A DNA stretch of 64,000 bases, taken from contig JAFRQF010000018.1 of NCBI GenBank assembly GCA_017428765.1, forward strand, positions 55,840-119,839. The letters are read 5' to 3'. A program made the position numbers and the translations under genes. Positions 8,184 to 15,654 of this stretch are shown here, piece by piece (within the stretch, counting starts at the first letter, position 1; each line of letters starts with the position of its first letter). The notes under the pieces were generated by a model. It ran no database searches, was not told the origin of the DNA, and saw nothing but the letters and a program-made list of their open reading frames with translations. This DNA comes from Erysipelotrichaceae bacterium (lineage in GTDB: Bacteria > Bacillota_I > Bacilli_A > Erysipelotrichales > Erysipelotrichaceae).

Positions 8184-9510
8184 GAATTGTGATGTTGTTC
8201 CGCATAAACTCGGTTGATTCCAAACTGATCTCCTTTGAGTTTGAAAAGGATCTGCTGTTTTCTGGCAAAGGCTCTGTCGGATTCAGATAAACCCACCGAC
8301 TTTCATTTCCGTCCCTAAAAGTGTAGTGATCCGTGCTTACGTTTTGGATACACCAATCTGTAATTGCAGATTCCCAGGGATCCTCGATCAGATTTCCGTT
8401 ACTGTTACCATGCAAAATGATCATGTTTTCTTCGTCGATCACATCTATAACAAAAGCAACTGTGCCATACGGATGATTGCTGGTGGGCAAGGCTGATGCA
8501 ATAGAGCCGGCAGCCGGTGTGCTGGATTTGTGCCATCCAGGCATGTCACTGTTATTGACCCAATTTCCACCATTACCATGAGTATTAACAGAGACTCCCA
8601 GCTGCGTAAGAATTCCATAACAAAACCAAGTACACTGGCCGAAGTCATATGGATTAAACGGGTGTTCCCAGGCTTTTCTAACAGAAAAATCAGGAAGAAA
8701 CGAACGCATAGGATCTGTTATCAAATAGCTTCCACTGATTTGAGACAGAAGATAAGATGATTTTTCATAACTTTTAGAAAGGGACCCTGCATCACAATTG
8801 TTTTTATTAAAGATAGATCCCTCAATATTTACCTTTTGATACTCGCCATAAGATACCAGAGATTTTCCTGTCGTTGCGTAAGGGCGAATGTAGTAAATCC
8901 CCTGTTTCAATTCACCAAAACGATCGGCTGTTTCAAAGGCAACATAATTCAAATCACTGAGATTCTTGATACTTCTATAGACGCTTCCCAAGAAACCGTT
9001 TTCTTCATCAAACAGTAAATACCCACATCCGTCAGCCTCGTTAATGCCTTGATCGATATCATAGGAAATAAATGCCCCTCCCTCATATCCTTCGCTTTTC
9101 AAATTGTTAATTGAAGCATAAGTAGACAGAGGGCTGACGACTACTTTTGGCCCTTCTGTCAATTCGTTTTCTATTTCGATAAAAGGAATCAAAACATATT
9201 GTTTGTTTTCATCAAACGCCATTGTCGAATCAGACATGCGTATTTGTTCCTTATAAAGCTCAGAAATACTGTGTGTTTTATAAACCTTATATTGTCCCCC
9301 GGAACAGTTAATTAAGAGCCCTGATTTCAATGTTCCCGAATAAGAATCCACGGAAACATCAAAACTGATGGCGAAATCCTTGTTGGCTTTATCAATTTCG
9401 ATTACTACGTTTGAAATTTCGGATCTCTTAACGGATTCCGCAAATACACTTTCTATTTGTAAAGAAGACAGACAGATTACAGCAATCAGAAGCATAAGAA
9501 TTCTTTTCAT
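8158..9510 (-). CDS. Secreted protein with beta-rich repeat modules and a C-terminal CHAP-like domain
   Basis: Signal peptide MKRILMLLIAVICLSSLQIESVFA|E. The CHAP pattern FGQCTWF...GNGGNW...PAAGSIA...YGTVAFV is present. The canonical GHV histidine position reads GTV. Confidence 0.8.
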   Translation of the reverse strand: MKRILMLLIAVICLSSLQIESVFAESVKRSEISNVVIEIDKANKDFAISFDVSVDSYSGTLKSGLLINCSGGQYKVYKTHSISELYKEQIRMSDSTMAFDENKQYVLIPFIEIENELTEGPKVVVSPLSTYASINNLKSEGYEGGAFISYDIDQGINEADGCGYLLFDEENGFLGSVYRSIKNLSDLNYVAFETADRFGELKQGIYYIRPYATTGKSLVSYGEYQKVNIEGSIFNKNNCDAGSLSKSYEKSSYLLSQISGSYLITDPMRSFLPDFSVRKAWEHPFNPYDFGQCTWFCYGILTQLGVSVNTHGNGGNWVNNSDMPGWHKSSTPAAGSIASALPTSNHPYGTVAFVIDVIDEENMIILHGNSNGNLIEDPWESAITDWCIQNVSTDHYTFRDGNESRWVYLNPTEPLPENSRSFSNSKEISLESTEFMRNNITIHEGIERYE

Positions 9511-9592
9511 AACAGACCTTCTTTCTCGTTCGCGTAGAAGAACTTATCGGCGTTTCCGCCTCCAGACTGATCTGAAGGCGGAACATAAGCGC

Positions 9593-10933
9593 TCAGTTTT
9601 GGTGCCATGATGAAATGAAATTATAGGTTTGTGTGTATCCGTTTCCATCGTCGTGTTGAAACTGAAATGTGTTTGAGTCGTAGTCGATTTTCCATCGGTA
9701 ACTAGTGACAAACACCCTTCCTCCGCCATCGGACGTTGTGGCTTCTAATACATCGAGTTTTCCATCCGACTTAATGTCACGAATGAACAGCCAGTGATCG
9801 CTTCCACCTGTTTTATGAAGCTTTACTACGTCATACTTTCTTATGTTTGAAATATTTGTATTTGTCCTTCCGTTTCGATAACTCTGGTTGAATACGACCC
9901 GAGAAAGATCAAGAGTATAGGCACAGCAGCCCCAGGCGTTAAAAATGGGATTAGTATAAGATTTTCTGCCTCCCCATTTAGCACCATCTTCCCATTTAGG
10001 GTTTCTAAGGAATGCGTTAATTCTTCCTTCTGTTGTTGAAATTTTTATCTCGATAGGAATTCTGTTGCTGTAACGGACCTGACCACCGCTCACAACATAG
10101 GCTTGCGCATAATAGTCCCCAGGCCACAAAACAGCTTTTTCATAATACTTGGCTGTATCGTAGGAAGCACTGAAGTTTCCCGAATAATTGAGCCCTGAGT
10201 CGTTTCCGCCGCCGATTTTTGAGCCGTTGCTGTCAAAAAGCTCAAAACCGCATTCGTTAGCTTTGTACGATGTTCCTTGACTTACTTTGAAAGAGAAAGT
10301 GAAACGGGAATCATCGATTGATACTGAAACAGAATAAGGGATAGCGTATTCGCTTGGCGTTGAAACAGTATATTTCTGACCGTAAAACATCTGCCCGCTT
10401 TGTGTTTTGACATAGTTTTGAACGGTATAGCTGGTCCCTTCCGTTACTGTCAATCCGTACTTTGACATAAGGTAGGATGAACCCAGCACGTGACTGTTTG
10501 CCAATTCACTGCCTTTTAAATCGTCATAGAAGTTATAAGATGTAGTAGGTCCTATCACGATGGTTCCAACACGTTCCAACAAAACTCTCCCTGGATTATC
10601 AACTCTGAAATTAACCTTAAAATCAGTTGAAGAAAGGTCTGTCGTATCTTTGTTTGTAACAACAGGTACTTTAGATTCCATCTTGTTGGGCGAATTAATT
10701 TGAACAAACAAGTTGGAAGATGAATTGCCATTCAGCGTCAGTTTTGCATCCACCATGGTTTTCTTCTGATTATTGTTGAGAAGATAACCGGTAGAAGGAG
10801 TGTGATCTCCACCTTCTTCGGCGTTTACGACTTCGCTGTTGCAGGTGATCATGCCAAAAAGCATTAAAACCACCAAAAACAATGAGACGACCCTTTCTAA
10901 CGAAAAGGTACTTTTATTGCTTATCATTTCCAT
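9593..10933 (-). CDS. Secreted protein with beta-rich repeat modules and a C-terminal papain-fold (NlpC/P60- or CHAP-like) domain
   Basis: AGGAGG RBS. Signal peptide ending VVNA|EE. C-terminus WGCCAYT ... YDVVKL ... SDHWLFI ... VLEATT fits a Cys-His-acid papain-like arrangement. Modules are paralogous to those in 8158..9510. Confidence 0.7.
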   Translation of the reverse strand: MEMISNKSTFSLERVVSLFLVVLMLFGMITCNSEVVNAEEGGDHTPSTGYLLNNNQKKTMVDAKLTLNGNSSSNLFVQINSPNKMESKVPVVTNKDTTDLSSTDFKVNFRVDNPGRVLLERVGTIVIGPTTSYNFYDDLKGSELANSHVLGSSYLMSKYGLTVTEGTSYTVQNYVKTQSGQMFYGQKYTVSTPSEYAIPYSVSVSIDDSRFTFSFKVSQGTSYKANECGFELFDSNGSKIGGGNDSGLNYSGNFSASYDTAKYYEKAVLWPGDYYAQAYVVSGGQVRYSNRIPIEIKISTTEGRINAFLRNPKWEDGAKWGGRKSYTNPIFNAWGCCAYTLDLSRVVFNQSYRNGRTNTNISNIRKYDVVKLHKTGGSDHWLFIRDIKSDGKLDVLEATTSDGGGRVFVTSYRWKIDYDSNTFQFQHDDGNGYTQTYNFISSWHQN

Positions 10934-10962
10934 TTTTTCCTCCTTACCCTTCGGGCATTTTC

Positions 10963-11000
10963 ATAATAGAAGTTCAATGTTGTGGAAAAAGTTGTGGAAA
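10963..11000 (-). promoter_or_regulatory. Candidate activator-dependent promoter of the island operon: -10 TATTAT plus tandem direct repeat GTTGTGGAAA x2
   Basis: On the minus strand TATTAT lies at 10968..10963. GTTGTGGAAA occurs at 10979-10988 and 10991-11000 (12-nt period), covering about -23 to -44. No TTGACA-like -35 is present there. Confidence 0.45.
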
Positions 11001-11037
11001 TTGATAACTTTTAATGCTTTTGTTTTTTTACAGGCTT

Positions 11038-11067
11038 TTGATTCTTTGCTTTGTATTCTGGTAATAA
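11038..11067 (+). promoter_or_regulatory. Candidate sigma-A-type promoter for the STAND gene
   Basis: TTGATT, 18-nt spacer, TAATAA, with TG just upstream of the -10. Confidence 0.3.
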
Positions 11068-11141
11068 TGAAAGATATTGGAATTCAAAGAACAGAGATGA
11101 AAAGGCACAGGAGAAAACAAATTTTCATTTAAAATGAAATT

Positions 11142-14100
11142 ATGGATAAAATAACCGTTTGTTTTAACAAAGGTAAGGATAATGAAGTGACTGTCGATTT
11201 TGAAAAAAACAGAGTTTTTGGCAAGAACAACAGCCTGCTTGAGTTTGAAGTTGAAAAAACTAGAACGGTTAAAAATGAAGACGGAAAGATAGTTAAAGAA
11301 AAGACTGGCGAAAAGAGCAAAGATGCAGTACGTTCCCTTCAAGATAAACCATACGCCTTTTTGCTTGCGGCGGTTAAACACTACAGTTTAGGCACAGTAA
11401 CGATTGATCAAATACGTGAAGAGTATAAGATGCAAACCGGTAACGAAATGGGCGACCACATCATCAAATGTAAAGACTTGAGAGATATCAAATCAAAGAT
11501 CGGAAAGATTATTAAATATCCCGAGTTTTTAACAGCGCATGACACGTATTATGAATGGAACAAGAATTCACAAGATTTTTCCATATCTATTGAAAATAAT
11601 GGTTCGTTTTCGTTGTTAAAGTCATTCGTTTCCGATCCCTCGGAATTAATGAATTATGTAGAACCCGATCAATTAAAAGAGATAGAAGATGATTTTTTAA
11701 CAAATAAATTTCCTGTCCACATCATTTCTGCAGAGCATGGTATGGGTAAGACTTTGTTAGCGAAAAAACTAATTTCGAATCTTTATAATTGGAATGTTTT
11801 CTATTCTGTTTATAAGGATAATCTTGAAGAAACGGTATGTTCGCTTGCCACTTCTTCTGAAGAAAACAAGAAACCAATTTTTTCAGATGTTATTGCGCTT
11901 TTAAATGACGAAACTGGTGATAAAAAATACAGAGATGTGATCTCTTTTCTAGAGCACGAATACTATGATAAAGAAAGCATCAGAGATGCAATTTTATCGC
12001 TGAAACGTGATGCCAATACTAAAAAACGAAATGTACTGCTTGTAATAGACAATTATGATTCGGATCGATTTGAAAATGAACTAACGCAGGAGAACAGATC
12101 GTATCAGGCTCTTCTTGATACCGGAATTAATATACTTATCACCACGACCGCCAATATGGAAGGAGCATGGAAATCAAAGCAGATGATTTTGAAACCGCTG
12201 AACGAAGATAAACGATACGAATTGTTTGTCAGCTCTTTACCGAAAAGAAAAAAGAAAGATTACGAAGAAAAAGAAACTATCCTCTCTTTTATTGACAAAT
12301 ATCTGAAAAACAACACCTATCTGATTGCTTTAGCTGCCAGGTTGTCAGAGTACTATAGCATTGACGAGATTTCTTCATCAATTGCAGATTATGACAGCAA
12401 AAAACGCAGTCCGGTTTTATCGGATCCTATCGCTGGAAAAAATGAAGCGGACAAAGATTCGTTGTTTGGTCATTTTTACTCGCTTTTCAGACTTTCTCTT
12501 GAAAAAATGCCAGATAAAGAAACGGCCCATAAGATTCTTTATAACTTGGCTGCAATGCCGGTAGAAGGTCTCGCAAAAGATTTATTTGTAGATCTTTCCT
12601 TTTCTATAGAGGAACAAAATAATGGCTACCTGATAATGTTGGAACGACTATGCAGAAATTATTGGGTGACAGAGGAAAAAAGAGGGAAAGAAGACAGACT
12701 GATGCTTCACCCGATGGTCAGACTGATTGTTACTAAAAAGATCGATTACCAGGAAGGCTATCTTACTTTTCTCTTAAAAAAACTAAGTAATTCTACAGTA
12801 AATATTTCAGCATATAACGATCGTTTTCCGGAATTTTTAGACTTTACCTTATCTTTGAACATGCTACTAAAAGAGAGGAGAATTTGCGATAAAAATGACC
12901 TCGTTTTATTAAGTGCCGGAATCATTTCGCTTTGTGATATAATCAGCGACTCCAATAAAGTTGAGGAGTTAGCCGATACGACATATGAAGGTCTAAACAA
13001 TATCAATTTAGCAAAAGAAGAAGACAAGGTATTGTATGCAAACGCGATGAATGTTGTGGGCTACGCCCTCTTGCATACTGAGAACATAGAGGAAAATCTT
13101 GAAAAGGCAACAAGGTTACTTGATAAAGCGGAAAAGCTGCTTGATGGAAATGAAGATGAGGAAAGTAAAACGGTTTTATCAAAAATAAAAGGAAATAAAG
13201 CTGCTTATTATATGAAAATACAAGACTGGCAAACGATGTACGAAACACACGAAGCCAATTACTTTTTCAGACAGACATTAAAAGGTAGCAATAAAGATGA
13301 ATTGTGCGGTGCAAGTCTTCGAGGAATGGCGACAGCCATGTATTATCAGGCTAAAGAAGCCGAAGAAAACGGCCATATAGGGACTGCTGCAGAAAAGTTT
13401 TTAAACTCTTACAAAACTCATAAAGCGGCGTATAAATACTTTCATTCTGCCCAATTGGAATTGGAACAGGCTATTACAGTGATCCGCAGATCCGGAACTT
13501 TTCTTAATTGGTTAAAATGCTTGGATGAAAAGAAAAAACATCAAAGCAATGTTCAGGATGTCTTTATAAAAGAACTCGGCGATTTGGAGGGCGTCTTGGA
13601 TTATCTGAGCGTACGTATGAAAAAACGAGATGAAAAGGAAACCGCTAATTGTAAAGACACAATAAGTTCCTTTATCGATACAGGCATTCGTCTTAATTAT
13701 CCTCTTCCAAAATATATAAAAGAAAAAGCCGGATGGACAGCAAACCCTTTTACTTGTCCGGATTCATCGCTAAGCACAGAAGAGCGTCGCAGGCTGATTT
13801 TAGACAGATTTAACAACTGGCTCTCAAAAGAAGAATTGGCAGATCTGTTTAAAGAGTCTTCTTTTAAATATGATGCAAAAAGCGAATTCGATAAAAAAAT
13901 ATCATTCTTTAAACACGAGTCTTTCAACTCTTTATGGGATTACAGAAAAGAAAAAGAAACAGGAGAGATAAAGGAACGAGGACAGATCAGAAAAGAAAAA
14001 GACAAAGAGATTCCTTTGGAAATAAAGACAAAAGCTTTTATAGCTGCCCAAGCGTTGAATCTTATAGGAGTCCAGGACTCTCAATTTGAAAACGTAGACT

Positions 14101-14708
14101 ATATACTTCCATTAGGTGGTGGAGGCATATCGAACCTTAAGCGATGTGAGCTTGCAAATAGAGAATTTGTTCGATTAAAAAGAAAACCTGAAGTTGTGGC
14201 TTTATCAACGTCGCGCCTAATAGACTTTGATAGAGCCGACACAGATACATTTGCACCAAATGCGCAAACCGAGTTTGATGCAATATCAGAAGGCATGAAG
14301 AAAGCCTTTGGTGCCAGAAAACATGAAGAAGAGTTGTCGGAACATGACGCCAAGATTATCAGACTGGAGACAGACAATAAAGAAGATCGGCTGTTTGTTA
14401 CATCGTGCCCTTCGTCTGATCCCAATAGAAGAGCTGATACAAACGATAATTATCGTTATTTCTTTTCTCAATTCAAAGTAAATAAAGGGGCAAAAATAAT
14501 CTGTTGCACTGGACAGGTATATTGCACGTATCAGCAAGCAGTGGCTCTTAAATATGCGTGCAAGTACAACGTAGAGATTGATACGATCGGTTTTTCTTCT
14601 TCAAAGAAAGCTCTGGCGATCGATTATCTTATGGAGATAAAGAAAACGATATTAGCGATCATTGATTTTGTTGATGAGATCAACGTCTACGCAAAGAATC
14701 TACCCTGA
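11142..14708 (+). CDS. STAND (NB-ARC-like) P-loop NTPase with an N-terminal OmpR/SARP-like winged helix, TPR-like repeats and a C-terminal DUF218/YdcF-like domain
   Basis: Walker A AEHGMGKTLLAKK (aa ~197-209), Walker B VLLVIDNYD (aa ~298-306), ILITTT, and KPLNEDKRYELF, as in NB-ARC. N-terminus has KPYAFLLAAVKHYSLGTVTIDQIREEY ... LRDIKSKIGKII...HDTYYEW, like trans_reg_C. C-terminus has YILPLGGGG...TEFDAISEGM...RADTNDNY...IICCTGQVYCTYQQA, like DUF218. Confidence 0.8.
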   Translation: MDKITVCFNKGKDNEVTVDFEKNRVFGKNNSLLEFEVEKTRTVKNEDGKIVKEKTGEKSKDAVRSLQDKPYAFLLAAVKHYSLGTVTIDQIREEYKMQTGNEMGDHIIKCKDLRDIKSKIGKIIKYPEFLTAHDTYYEWNKNSQDFSISIENNGSFSLLKSFVSDPSELMNYVEPDQLKEIEDDFLTNKFPVHIISAEHGMGKTLLAKKLISNLYNWNVFYSVYKDNLEETVCSLATSSEENKKPIFSDVIALLNDETGDKKYRDVISFLEHEYYDKESIRDAILSLKRDANTKKRNVLLVIDNYDSDRFENELTQENRSYQALLDTGINILITTTANMEGAWKSKQMILKPLNEDKRYELFVSSLPKRKKKDYEEKETILSFIDKYLKNNTYLIALAARLSEYYSIDEISSSIADYDSKKRSPVLSDPIAGKNEADKDSLFGHFYSLFRLSLEKMPDKETAHKILYNLAAMPVEGLAKDLFVDLSFSIEEQNNGYLIMLERLCRNYWVTEEKRGKEDRLMLHPMVRLIVTKKIDYQEGYLTFLLKKLSNSTVNISAYNDRFPEFLDFTLSLNMLLKERRICDKNDLVLLSAGIISLCDIISDSNKVEELADTTYEGLNNINLAKEEDKVLYANAMNVVGYALLHTENIEENLEKATRLLDKAEKLLDGNEDEESKTVLSKIKGNKAAYYMKIQDWQTMYETHEANYFFRQTLKGSNKDELCGASLRGMATAMYYQAKEAEENGHIGTAAEKFLNSYKTHKAAYKYFHSAQLELEQAITVIRRSGTFLNWLKCLDEKKKHQSNVQDVFIKELGDLEGVLDYLSVRMKKRDEKETANCKDTISSFIDTGIRLNYPLPKYIKEKAGWTANPFTCPDSSLSTEERRRLILDRFNNWLSKEELADLFKESSFKYDAKSEFDKKISFFKHESFNSLWDYRKEKETGEIKERGQIRKEKDKEIPLEIKTKAFIAAQALNLIGVQDSQFENVDYILPLGGGGISNLKRCELANREFVRLKRKPEVVALSTSRLIDFDRADTDTFAPNAQTEFDAISEGMKKAFGARKHEEELSEHDAKIIRLETDNKEDRLFVTSCPSSDPNRRADTNDNYRYFFSQFKVNKGAKIICCTGQVYCTYQQAVALKYACKYNVEIDTIGFSSSKKALAIDYLMEIKKTILAIIDFVDEINVYAKNLP

Positions 14709-14755
14709 AACGCAATTATTAAAGACGCCTTACGAAACGGCAAAAGAAAATAATA

Positions 14756-15070
14756 TTAGTCTTTGTGAGCGACCTCGGCGTACGCGTGATTGGAAGGATG
14801 ATATTGGATCATCACTTCTTCGTCTTTCTTCAATCCCTTCGCTCCGCGAAGCAGTGCTTTTCTTTCCGCATTGTTTTCATCGAGATAATTCACATAAAAG
14901 GTATACGATGTGTTTCCGGTATCGTCATCATAATTCTCATCGATGCGCGATATCCTCCCTTTTGTTGTGATGCCTTCTTTTGCGATCCTTGTATGATGTA
15001 TCAGGTTGTAAATGATGATAACTGCCGCAATAAGGATCAATAGTATCCAGAAAAGGATCCCTTTATTCAT
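14756..15070 (-). CDS. DUF3592-like small membrane-anchored protein
   Basis: N-terminal TM helix followed by the pattern G.ISRI...Y.FYVNY...G..V.IQYHP.N, typical of DUF3592. Composition is closer to the host flank. Confidence 0.6.
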   Translation of the reverse strand: MNKGILFWILLILIAAVIIIYNLIHHTRIAKEGITTKGRISRIDENYDDDTGNTSYTFYVNYLDENNAERKALLRGAKGLKKDEEVMIQYHPSNHAYAEVAHKD

Positions 15071-15232
15071 ATGCTGTACTTCACTCCTTTTTCACTAAGA
15101 CCAATTATAGATGTTTTTTTATGAAGAGTTCCGATCTTTCAGGAGTATGCATACAGGGATCATTTGAATAAAGGTCCGTTATGGGGCAAGAGACGATAGA
15201 AATCGCATCAGATATGATACATTGCATTTGAA

Positions 15233-15543
15233 ATGAAACTGCTTTACGTTTAAGCAAGGAAGCCTTACGCTACCGCTATCTGTATCTGGTCGCGATCCTA
15301 TCGACTCTGTCTTTGACCTGTGTCAACCTGGCGGCACCCAGGGTGCTTTCAAGGATGACCGGTATCGTCTCGGCAGGCGTAGATGAAGCAGGTCTTTTAC
15401 AGATCCGTCAGCTTACGATGATCCTGGTCATCGAAAGCGGTGAGATCAGAAAATCCGGTACCCATGATGAACTGCTGAAGATGAACGGCATCTATGCAAG
15501 GATGGATAAGATACAGAATTCCGCGCAGGAAAAAGGTATTTAA
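15233..15543 (+). pseudogene. Remnant of an ABC exporter gene (frameshifted start, large internal deletion)
   Basis: The ATG at 15233 runs MKLLYV* in frame 2. Frame 1 then reads LRLSKEALRYRYLYLVAILSTLSLTCVNLAAP (typical ABC-exporter TM1 region), joined directly to ILVIESGEIRKSGTHDELLKMNGIYARM (extreme NBD C-terminus; compare [29 protein letters not shown] in 1..1062). About 500 aa of an intact exporter are missing. Confidence 0.65.
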
Positions 15544-15654
15544 ATACATATACGATCACTCAACGGCCCCGCAATGCGGGGTCTTTCTTATGGGATATTT
15601 CCTTCTTTTGTGGCCTGTGTCATAATGAAATTAACAAAGAGAGGTAATCATAAT

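Noticed and set aside
10839-11381. ORFs 10839-11132 (+, 97 aa), 11028-11381 (-, 117 aa) and 11129-11320 (-, 63 aa) in and around the divergent intergenic region.
   Set aside because: They overlap the 5' ends of the well-supported flanking genes and the promoter region. They have Phe/Leu/Ser-rich low-complexity translations typical of AT-rich non-coding frames, and no RBS.
2902-14745. A possible att-like direct repeat at the island borders: ACGAAACG occurs near 2906-2913 and near 14733-14740.
   Set aside because: It is only an 8-nt match with diverging flanks, which is expected by chance in 12 kb. There is no recombinase gene to support site-specific integration.
15574-15654. The upstream start (15574) for the membrane protein gene.
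   Set aside because: A good AAGAGAGG RBS precedes the internal ATG at 15655. The 27-aa extension adds no coherent signal and begins directly after the ABC remnant's stop region.
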